From positions 1-11,307 of the forward strand of contig JBGGMM010000207.1 in NCBI GenBank assembly GCA_041288045.1: DNA of 11,307 bases, written 5' to 3'. Each line of letters starts with the position of its first letter. The first letter of the stretch is position 1. The stretch is from Pseudobdellovibrionaceae bacterium (GTDB lineage Bacteria; Bdellovibrionota; Bdellovibrionia; Bdellovibrionales; Bdellovibrionaceae). This document shows positions 1 to 7,347 of the stretch, in pieces. Below the pieces are notes generated by a model. That model was not told the origin of the DNA and did not search any database. It saw only the letters and a program-made list of their open reading frames with translations. Both the position numbers and the translations under genes were made by a program.

Positions 1-186
1 CTAAGTGCTGGGTTTTATTCATTTTTGCCGCGCCGGGTGAAGGAAAAAGAGAAAGGCACCCCATGGCCACTATGAAACGAATTCAGGGGTTTTGTGCTTT
101 TTAGGCTTTCTATGGAAAAGCTCCCGCAAAAAAATTAAAATGGCCAGATTCTTCAAATTGAATTTTAGAGGGGCCAGGGCATACGC

Positions 187-1713
187 ATGTTCAGGATCAA
201 AAGTCTTCAGTGGTGGACAGGGGTGTTGCTGGGCACTCTTCTGATTTTGATCGTGGCTTTTGCCTACACAGCTCGAACCCCACTTTGTATCGATTCAAAA
301 TTAATCGAAAGAATCGACAGCATTTCAGATCAGGGAACGGCTTCTGCCTATCGTTGCTCGCAAAGAAAACATGTCGATTATGACGCGAATTTGGTGACTC
401 AAACTCGGAAATTGGGGCCCCGCCTTCAACAGCTCGAAAAGTACTTTGAATGGCTGGGACCTTTAAAATCCAAAATTCACCTCACTGTGATCGCCGGTCC
501 CGGTGAGCATTTTCGCATTCAAGGTCGAGAGATCATCATCAGCGAATCGATTCTCAATTCGGAAGGGCAGCTTGAAAAAGCGGTCTTTCGCTTTTGGTTT
601 CGCGAACGTGCCCCACTGACTTTACAATCCCAGCAACTGGTCGAAGAAAGCCTGACAGATTTTCTCTATTACTCTTTTGCGGGAGCTTTGGATCTTCAAG
701 AGCCGCTGACTCAGATTTCACTGGATCAGGATGAAGATGCCAGGTGGCCCCGGGTCCTCTCCAATCAAAAAGGCTATTGCGACAGTCTTTGGAAATCCAA
801 CGAGCATCTCCGCATCTGTCAGGATGCTCTGATTGAAAGATCTGAAAATGAAATCGAGCTTTTGACTTTGCGTCCTTTGATCACTCAATCACTGATCGAG
901 AGTTACAAGGAACTTTCCACCCAGGATCGAATCGAAGTGCTTCGATTCATTGCCCTCAATTTCAAAAGTTTTCAGTTTGACGAGAAAAATTTCGGAGTGA
1001 CCTACTTAGAGAGAAAAAGGCAGAGTTACTACCAGGCGATTTCTCATTTGGAAAATTGGGTCTACTTTTTCAATCAACTGGGGCGATCTTCTGCCAGTGT
1101 GCAAAGGCTTTCTCAATTTTTTCAAAAAACGCTGAAGCAAAGAGGATTTGATGAAGCCATGCCTGAAGCCCGGCTGGATCTTTTAGTTTTTGCAGATGCT
1201 TTGAATGAAAAGCAGATTCAAGAAATCCTGACGGAAACCAAAGCGCATCCACATGCTTTGATTGGGATTGAATCCAAAGGCAAAATCCAAATGGGCGCAG
1301 CTTCGGTGCCCTTAAGTCTGCAGCTTCTTGGAGAAGTGAGATCACCAAGAGCCGTGTATTTCCACTGCGGGATCCCCAAGCTTCAAGAGCTTGAATCCCT
1401 TTCCAGAAAAATTGAAAAACTGACTTTCATCAATGCCTGTGGTCAGTCACAATTTCGCTTCGATGGTCTTTTCAACAGCGGAATTGAGGGCTTTGCAAGA
1501 CAAAATCCCAAAGTCAAATTTGCAGAGTTTCATTTGCCATCGCTTATTCTGGCAGTGGAAAAGCTCAAGGGGAAGAATCCAATTGATTACTTGAAGCAGA
1601 ATCAGACGGGGTCGCTGGCGCCGATTGGCTGGGGTGATCCAAAGTATGATCAGAGTGTTGATGCTTATCGGGCTCAGAGTGTGATTGAAGCTATTGATTG
1701 GTACCGGCTTTAG
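187..1713 (+). CDS. Hypothetical exported/membrane-anchored protein (508 aa), possible degenerate zincin-like N-terminal domain
   Basis: Long ATG-TAG ORF. Basic N-terminus followed by a hydrophobic stretch (WWTGVLLGTLLILIVAFAY). Six Cys in three apparent pairs. No intact catalytic motif recognised. Confidence 0.85.
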   Translation: MFRIKSLQWWTGVLLGTLLILIVAFAYTARTPLCIDSKLIERIDSISDQGTASAYRCSQRKHVDYDANLVTQTRKLGPRLQQLEKYFEWLGPLKSKIHLTVIAGPGEHFRIQGREIIISESILNSEGQLEKAVFRFWFRERAPLTLQSQQLVEESLTDFLYYSFAGALDLQEPLTQISLDQDEDARWPRVLSNQKGYCDSLWKSNEHLRICQDALIERSENEIELLTLRPLITQSLIESYKELSTQDRIEVLRFIALNFKSFQFDEKNFGVTYLERKRQSYYQAISHLENWVYFFNQLGRSSASVQRLSQFFQKTLKQRGFDEAMPEARLDLLVFADALNEKQIQEILTETKAHPHALIGIESKGKIQMGAASVPLSLQLLGEVRSPRAVYFHCGIPKLQELESLSRKIEKLTFINACGQSQFRFDGLFNSGIEGFARQNPKVKFAEFHLPSLILAVEKLKGKNPIDYLKQNQTGSLAPIGWGDPKYDQSVDAYRAQSVIEAIDWYRL

Positions 1714-1803
1714 AACCTTAGAACCAGAGATCCAACTTAAATTCAAAATCTGAATTCATCTTTACTGCTCACGTCTTCGCTCGGGTAAGCCCTCCTAGCT
1801 TTG

Positions 1804-1845
1804 CATCCTGGAAACTGGGGCATGGATGCCCCAGTTTCCAGGATG
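1804..1845. repeat. Perfect 20-bp inverted repeat (REP/palindromic-element-like hairpin) between convergent genes
   Basis: CATCCTGGAAACTGGGGCAT (1804-1823), GG, then its exact reverse complement ATGCCCCAGTTTCCAGGATG (1826-1845). No U-tract on either side. Confidence 0.9.
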
Positions 1846-1918
1846 AACGTGTCAGGAAGACCGACCTCTTCAGTTGAGTGGTGGGTTCGAGGTCTTGAGA
1901 CTATTCGGTTTCTAGGAT

Positions 1919-2278
1919 CTACCCGTGCGCCCGCACATCTTTCACTTGGTTTTTCTCATTCACGAAAACGCATACGGGCCGATGATCCGAGGCTTCCTGC
2001 TCACTGTACCCGGCGTACGCAGCGATGATCACAAGGTCTCCCTTATGCACATGTCTTGCGGCTGCTCCGTTGAGGCAGATTTCTCCGGGTTTGCCCTTGA
2101 TCACGTAAGTGTGAAATCTTGCTCCGTTGTTGCAATTGTAGATATCGACCTGTTCAAACAGTCTGAGACCAGCTGTTTGGATCAGTTCTGGGCATATTGA
2201 AATCGAACCTTCATAGTTCAAATCTGCATCCGTGACAGTGGCGCGATGAATTTTGCATTTGAGCATGTTCAACATCAT
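1919..2278 (-). CDS. panD: Aspartate 1-decarboxylase proenzyme
   Basis: Motifs KCKIHRATVT, YEG|SI (Gly-Ser self-cleavage site), TYVI and NGAAAR. ATG at 2278 preferred over GTG at 2287 because the SD-like GAGGTG (2285-2290) is 6 nt upstream. Confidence 0.97.
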   Translation of the reverse strand: MMLNMLKCKIHRATVTDADLNYEGSISICPELIQTAGLRLFEQVDIYNCNNGARFHTYVIKGKPGEICLNGAAARHVHKGDLVIIAAYAGYSEQEASDHRPVCVFVNEKNQVKDVRAHG

Positions 2279-2304
2279 AATTTTCACCTCTCCTGTATGA
2301 ATTC

Positions 2305-3075
2305 CTATGAATTCATTTTCAAAGCCATCAAGAGTCCCTGAAGAACCAGGTCTGGATGGATCACATCAAAAATTTTTTCTTTCTCAAACAAGGACGAAAA
2401 TCCGCCAGTTCCGATGATGAACGGCTTTTCTCCGCCAAAGCACTCTTCCGACACTCGGCTTGTGATTTCTTTCATTGTTCCCAAGTGTCCAAAATAAAGA
2501 CCTGATTGGATGCTCTCAACCGTTGAGCGTCCCAAAGCTTCTTTCATGGAGACAATCTCAACCGAGGGGAGCTTCGCTGTTTTGCTTTCCAGTGCTTCCA
2601 TGTTCAAACGCAAACCAGCGGCGATCGAACCACCCAAGTAGTCTTTTTCTTTCGAAATCGCACAAAAAGTGGTGGCTGTTCCCAAATCAACAATCAAAAG
2701 GTCTTTCTTAGGGTAAAGATGGGTGGCCGCCACTGAATTGGCAATGCGGTCCGCTCCAACCTCTAAAGGGTTTCGGTAATTGATTTTCAATCCGGATTTC
2801 ACCCCTGCCTGCAAGACGAATGGATTCAAATTGAAATATTTCTTACAGGCATTTCGAATTGAATAGATCACATCCGGTACCACTGAGCACATGGCAATAT
2901 GAGTGACTTTGGCTGGATCAAAATTGTTTTCGCGCAGGACAGAGCGCAGGAAAATACCGATTTCATCTGAGGAAGAGCCGGTCTTAGAAGTTTTCCGAAA
3001 TCTGAATTTCAGCTGATCTTTTTCAAAGACCCCGCCAAAAATCTGACTGTTTCCAACATCGAGAGTGAGTATCAT
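2305..3075 (-). CDS. coaX: Type III pantothenate kinase
   Basis: Motifs [25 protein letters not shown] and GTGG. SD AAGGAG upstream. ATGA overlap with the coaBC stop. Confidence 0.96.
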   Translation of the reverse strand: MILTLDVGNSQIFGGVFEKDQLKFRFRKTSKTGSSSDEIGIFLRSVLRENNFDPAKVTHIAMCSVVPDVIYSIRNACKKYFNLNPFVLQAGVKSGLKINYRNPLEVGADRIANSVAATHLYPKKDLLIVDLGTATTFCAISKEKDYLGGSIAAGLRLNMEALESKTAKLPSVEIVSMKEALGRSTVESIQSGLYFGHLGTMKEITSRVSEECFGGEKPFIIGTGGFSSLFEKEKIFDVIHPDLVLQGLLMALKMNS

Positions 3076-4277
3076 AAGAGCTCCTTAGTCAAATACTCTC
3101 CGAGATACATTCCAAGCGCTTGTTTGCTTGGAAGGGTCTCTGTTTTTTCAACGCCTTTGTGAATATGAAAAACGCCTTTTTGGTCCGTGTCGTTTTGCAC
3201 GACCAAATCCGCTTTTGAACGACTCCATAATTTTTCCACTGCCACTGATTTTTCAGCGTCTGAAGCTCCAGCCGTCAATTTGAAAGCGACAACTTTGAGT
3301 TTCGGATCGTGAGCCATCTCGCGCAAATGATCGACAAGCTTTGGATTTTTTTTGAAATTCACTGTCAGATCCTGATCTGAAGAAATTTTCTTGTCGCTGG
3401 ATTTGACTGGCGAAAAATCACTGACAGCCGCCAAATGAATGACTGCTTTGAATTTTGAATTTCCAAGCAAATTCTGCAAGCGCGATTGAAGACTTTCAAA
3501 ATCGCCGAAGGAGACTTTTTCACAATCAGTTTCTGGAAGCTTGGCTGATTCGGCATGCAAATAGGTTACGTCAAATCCAAACTGGGTCAAAGTGTCTGTC
3601 AAAGCCGCACCGGTTGCGCCTGTGGATTTATTGGTGACGACTCGAACTGGATCTAAACTTTCCTCAGTGCCACCGGAAGTGACGAGAACCTTCACTCCCG
3701 ATGAATGCGGAATGAGCCGTTCAATCGGAGAGGGGACTTGTTGAAGATGTGTTTCAACTTCTTGCAAAATCAGCGCAGGATCCAGCAATCGACCAAAACC
3801 CACTTCGCCACAAGCGAGAACTCCAGAAGCCGTTTCTAGAATCTGAACTCCCATTTCTTTTAAAGATTTGACTGATGATTGAGTGACAGGATGCTGGTAC
3901 ATCATGGTGTTCATCGCGGGAGCAATCAGGTAAGGCTTGCGAAAGTCATGAGCTAAAAACTGAGTCGAGATCAGATCATCACCCACGCCGCGTGCTGCTT
4001 TGTTGATGAAATTCGCAGTTGCTGGTGCAACCAAAATCAAATCGGCCCAACGAACCAAATGAATATGATCCATGACATTGCCACTGGCAAAAAGATCACT
4101 CACGACCGGCTTTCCCGTCAGGCCCTCTAAAGTCGCAGCTCCGACAAATTGAAGAGCCGAAGGAGTCGCAACCACTTGCACTTCGTGTCCAATCCGAACC
4201 AGGCCTGAGATGACCTGACAGGCTTTGTAGCAGGCAATGGATCCGGTCATTTGAAAAAGAATTTTAGATTTTGACAT
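3072..4277 (-). CDS. coaBC: Bifunctional phosphopantothenoylcysteine decarboxylase / phosphopantothenate-cysteine ligase
   Basis: N-terminal HFCD flavoprotein motifs GSIACYK, HIHL, PAMN and [12 protein letters not shown]-terminal CoaB motifs [19 protein letters not shown] and [11 protein letters not shown] at 4277 with GAGG upstream (the ORF track starts at TTG 4283). Confidence 0.96.
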   Translation of the reverse strand: MSKSKILFQMTGSIACYKACQVISGLVRIGHEVQVVATPSALQFVGAATLEGLTGKPVVSDLFASGNVMDHIHLVRWADLILVAPATANFINKAARGVGDDLISTQFLAHDFRKPYLIAPAMNTMMYQHPVTQSSVKSLKEMGVQILETASGVLACGEVGFGRLLDPALILQEVETHLQQVPSPIERLIPHSSGVKVLVTSGGTEESLDPVRVVTNKSTGATGAALTDTLTQFGFDVTYLHAESAKLPETDCEKVSFGDFESLQSRLQNLLGNSKFKAVIHLAAVSDFSPVKSSDKKISSDQDLTVNFKKNPKLVDHLREMAHDPKLKVVAFKLTAGASDAEKSVAVEKLWSRSKADLVVQNDTDQKGVFHIHKGVEKTETLPSKQALGMYLGEYLTKELL

Positions 4278-5022
4278 TGTCAATCAGCCTCACTTCGCCA
4301 ACGTAGACAGCGGCAAATCGCCGGCCTGAAAAATCGGTGACGTAGTCGACTTTCCAATTTTGTTTTTCAAATTCTTGTATTGCTTCTAACGGAGATTTCG
4401 CAGTTTTTAAAACCCGGTGAATCAATGGAGCCATTTCGCGATCCCGTGGGAAAAGGCGAACGTTTCTGGAGCTCATCGCTAAGCCATCCTTTTCGCGAAC
4501 GGTTTCCACAGGCACGATCTCGGTGGACAAAAAGAAGGCTTTCACCATTCCTTGAATCAAACTGAGCTGCTGAAAATCTTTTTCACCAAAATAAGCTTTT
4601 TCAGGACGCACCAAATTCAACAGCCGCATCACAACAGTTAATACTCCATCAAAATGCCCAGGTCGATTGGCACCACAGAGCTTTTTGCTGAAATCCGTTT
4701 CAATCACTTTGTAAGAGTACTGATCTGGATACATTTCTGAATAAATGGGCGCAAACACCACGTCGACCCGATTTTTTTCTGCCAATTTCAAATCGGCATC
4801 CCAAGTTGCGGGGTATTTTTCAAAATCGGATTTATCATTGAATTGAGTTGGATTCACATAAATGCTCAACACCAAGAGCTCGTTTTCAGCTCGGGCCTTC
4901 TGAATCAAAGCCTCATGACCCAAATGCAGAGCTCCCATGGTTGGTACAAAGCCAACAGAGCGGCCTTCAACGGATTTCCGCCACTCGAGCATGTCTTTTG
5001 TTGTTCGGATCACCAATGCCAT
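4264..5022 (-). CDS. panC: Pantoate-beta-alanine ligase (short form, 252 aa)
   Basis: Motifs FVPTMGALHLGH, VNPTQF, RPGHFDGV, FGEKDFQQ, DGLAMSSRN and RLIDN. TAATG overlap with panB. SD AAGGAG. Confidence 0.97.
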   Translation of the reverse strand: MALVIRTTKDMLEWRKSVEGRSVGFVPTMGALHLGHEALIQKARAENELLVLSIYVNPTQFNDKSDFEKYPATWDADLKLAEKNRVDVVFAPIYSEMYPDQYSYKVIETDFSKKLCGANRPGHFDGVLTVVMRLLNLVRPEKAYFGEKDFQQLSLIQGMVKAFFLSTEIVPVETVREKDGLAMSSRNVRLFPRDREMAPLIHRVLKTAKSPLEAIQEFEKQNWKVDYVTDFSGRRFAAVYVGEVRLIDNVKI

Positions 5023-5807
5023 TAGTAGCTCTCCTTTTCAGAGGGAAATTCCTCTGTGACCACATCACGGTGGTATTGATTCATGGCTTGTTTCAAAGTT
5101 TCAAAGCCATTGAAATAAGTGCGTAGAAATTTTGGATGAAATTCTTTGTTCATGCCCAGCATATCTTGAAGCACCAGGACCTGGCCGTCACAGTGAACAC
5201 CAGCGCCAATGCCAATTGTCGGAATTTTGAGGTCTTTGGAAATTTCCTGAGCCAAAGCTGCAGGCACACATTCAAGCACCAAAGAAAAGCATCCGGCCTT
5301 TTCCAAAAGTAGGGCTTCTTGGTAAATTTCGTCATGCTCTTTTTTCTCTCGGCCTTGGACTTTGAAGCCACCGAGCTGATGCACAGATTGCGGGGTCAAA
5401 CCCAAATGTCCCATCACTGGCACTCCTGAGTCCACAGCATGACGAATGAGTTCCAAATTTCCCTTAGCTCCCTCAAGCTTCACGGCATGTGCTCCGGCTT
5501 TCATCACTTTTCCCATTGCCGTCATATTGCTCTCCAAATCCTTGCGATAAGAGAGAAAGGGCAGATCGCCAACGATGAATTTGTTCGAAGCTCCTCTTGC
5601 CACAGCCGCCGTATGCAAAGCCATCAAATTGACGGAGGCATTCAAGGTTGTTGAAAAGCCATGCATGACCATGGCGGCGCTATCGCCGACCAAGAGGCAG
5701 TCCACTTCAGAATCAGAAAGAATTCGAGAAAAAGTGTAGTCATAGCAAGTGACCATTGAAATTTTCTGGCCTTTTTGTTTTTTCAAAGAAAAATCATGAA
5801 TTTTCAT
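5022..5807 (-). CDS. panB: 3-methyl-2-oxobutanoate hydroxymethyltransferase
   Basis: Motifs TCYD, LVGDS, DLPF, AVKLEG, GHLGLTPQ and IGIGAG..CDGQVLV. ATGA overlap with the upstream gene. Confidence 0.97.
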   Translation of the reverse strand: MKIHDFSLKKQKGQKISMVTCYDYTFSRILSDSEVDCLLVGDSAAMVMHGFSTTLNASVNLMALHTAAVARGASNKFIVGDLPFLSYRKDLESNMTAMGKVMKAGAHAVKLEGAKGNLELIRHAVDSGVPVMGHLGLTPQSVHQLGGFKVQGREKKEHDEIYQEALLLEKAGCFSLVLECVPAALAQEISKDLKIPTIGIGAGVHCDGQVLVLQDMLGMNKEFHPKFLRTYFNGFETLKQAMNQYHRDVVTEEFPSEKESY

Positions 5808-6517
5808 TTTGCACCTTCAAGTTGAGAAAAAGCCTCGGGAAAATAAGTGTGAACAAAAGCCCGGTAAATTTCGCGGCTTGAATCCTGTGAAAGAGCTCGG
5901 TCGTTGGCCAGAACTGTCTGCAGGTCTTTTCGCATCAAGGGTCCTGTTAAAGCTGCACCAGGATTGTCCTTCAGATTTTTAAAAATTTGTTCCATGTAGG
6001 GAATTTGAATTCCTTCCGGCAATCCAAGCTCGCGAAGTCCTTCATTCATTTTCTGCCAGAGAAGTGTGGTGAAGTTTCCGCTCAAAACGCAAAGTGCGTG
6101 GTAGTAAGCCTTTTTCTCTGGATTTAAATAAAAAGAGGGATTGGGAAGGCCGGGCAAAAGCTTTGAAAAATCCTCTTGAGAGGTCGTCACGAAGGGGATT
6201 TTTTTGTAATCCTCCAGTGAGAAGAGACGATCCGTAAAAGTCATCAGAGGATGAACAGAAATCACTCCAGGAACTTCCAAAGCACCTGAAAAATGCAGTG
6301 TTTGACCTGGATAATTGGAAAGATGAGTCTGATGAAATTCGCTAATGGCGCGATCAGAAATCAGAAGCAAAACATGAGTGGCTGTTTGCAGCTGAACTTT
6401 GAGCTTTTGGGTGGTTTCATGTCTGTTCCATTGTTCAAACTGAAGTCCCAAAAGCTTGAAATAACACACAAAATTTTGTGCGGCTCGTCCCGCACCAATC
6501 ACTAAATATCGAACCAT
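5804..6517 (-). CDS. panG: Rossmann-like + DUF2520 oxidoreductase, probable PanG-type ketopantoate reductase
   Basis: Dinucleotide-binding IGAGRAA plus HFSGAL, HPLMTF, YHALCVLSGNF and ALTGPLMRKD, which match the DUF2520 family. First gene of a pan operon that has no panE. Family call is strong; function is from context. Confidence 0.8.
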   Translation of the reverse strand: MVRYLVIGAGRAAQNFVCYFKLLGLQFEQWNRHETTQKLKVQLQTATHVLLLISDRAISEFHQTHLSNYPGQTLHFSGALEVPGVISVHPLMTFTDRLFSLEDYKKIPFVTTSQEDFSKLLPGLPNPSFYLNPEKKAYYHALCVLSGNFTTLLWQKMNEGLRELGLPEGIQIPYMEQIFKNLKDNPGAALTGPLMRKDLQTVLANDRALSQDSSREIYRAFVHTYFPEAFSQLEGAK

Positions 6518-6553
6518 GGTACCTGTCCTTTGAGATCAAGTCCTGTTGCGGCC

Positions 6554-6581
6554 AATTTAGTCCTTTTCAAAGTATTGTCAA
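6554..6581 (-). promoter_or_regulatory. Putative sigma70 promoter of the pan/coa operon
   Basis: On the minus strand, a perfect -35 TTGACA (6581-6576), a 16-nt spacer and -10 TAAATT (6559-6554). Implies a leader of about 30 nt containing SD AAAGGA before the ATG at 6517. Confidence 0.65.
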
Positions 6582-6598
6582 TGACTTATGGATGGCCT

Positions 6599-7321
6599 AT
6601 GGGAAAACGAATCTATTTAGTTTTAATGGCAGCATTAGTGCTTTTGGGCTTGGGAGCCATGATTTATTTTGGCATTCAGCCAAGACCCATTCAGAAAATT
6701 AAAATCAGTCAGTTTGAAAATCACACGGTTCTTGGAAATTCCATTCTCTTGAGATTGAGAGAAGAAATCAAATTGAACCCGCTGTTATTTTTAGGGGTCG
6801 AGCCAGAAAATCCAGAACACCAACAAATCTGGAAAGAGTTTCTGCGACTCAATCAAGAACCCGGTCTGCGCTATGACGTCATAGCGATCGAGCAGTTTTT
6901 GGGAACGCAAGAATTTCCAGAAGCTTCACCCATTGAAACCACTGAGAAATTCACCCAGTTTATGGAAGGAACGAGAGGCGCTCTTCAAGCAGGAAAACGA
7001 GTGGTGGTGATTGTTCCCACTCTTGCAGCTTCGCAAGCTGTTTTTGGAAATCTGGTCAATACTTACAAAAAGAAAACCAGTGAAACTCCGATGAGTCTCT
7101 CGCTTTCAGAACTTCCCAGAACTCGCGAAATGGAAAAAGACATGCGCCACAAGTGCGTGGTGGAAGGTGTTGATCAGACAGGTGAGGGTGCTTTGGGCTG
7201 CTACATTGCTCAAGCCGCTCGCTCCAATTACCGAAAAAAATTCGAAACTGGTCAGCACATCGGGCTCGTTATGCAAGTCGGCCTGAAGGATTTTTTGGTT
7301 CTTTACACTCAGGAAAAATAA
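6599..7321 (+). CDS. Hypothetical membrane-anchored protein, possible degenerate ChaN/TIKI-like fold
   Basis: ORF with MGKR followed by a hydrophobic helix (IYLVLMAALVLLGLGAMIYFGI). ATG at 6599 preferred because the longer 6530 start would overlap the divergent promoter. Two C-terminal Cys. Confidence 0.8.
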   Translation: MGKRIYLVLMAALVLLGLGAMIYFGIQPRPIQKIKISQFENHTVLGNSILLRLREEIKLNPLLFLGVEPENPEHQQIWKEFLRLNQEPGLRYDVIAIEQFLGTQEFPEASPIETTEKFTQFMEGTRGALQAGKRVVVIVPTLAASQAVFGNLVNTYKKKTSETPMSLSLSELPRTREMEKDMRHKCVVEGVDQTGEGALGCYIAQAARSNYRKKFETGQHIGLVMQVGLKDFLVLYTQEK

Positions 7322-7347
7322 GAACGAGCTCTTTTAAAAGAGCTCGT
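7312..7347 (-). terminator. Probable intrinsic terminator of the rhodanese-nucleotidase transcript
   Basis: Perfect palindrome ACGAGCTCTTTT|AAAAGAGCTCGT (7324-7347), followed on the minus strand by U-rich TCTTATTTTTCC. Confidence 0.65.

Noticed and set aside
1..64. Possible minus-strand gene start (ATG at 64 or 22, in frame, running off the window)
   Set aside because: Too short to evaluate and has no convincing SD.
1861..1900. GGGTTCGA resembling a tRNA T-loop
   Set aside because: No complementary T-stem, anticodon arm or acceptor stem can be folded. Only a weak GACCTC/GAGGTC pair is present.
1801..2200. Small plus-strand ORFs 1801-2028 and 1925-2200
   Set aside because: They run through the hairpin and/or antisense to panD, have non-ATG starts and no protein-like features.
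6518..6553. Possible pan RNA motif or riboswitch upstream of the pan operon
   Set aside because: The predicted leader is only about 30 nt with no suitable stems.
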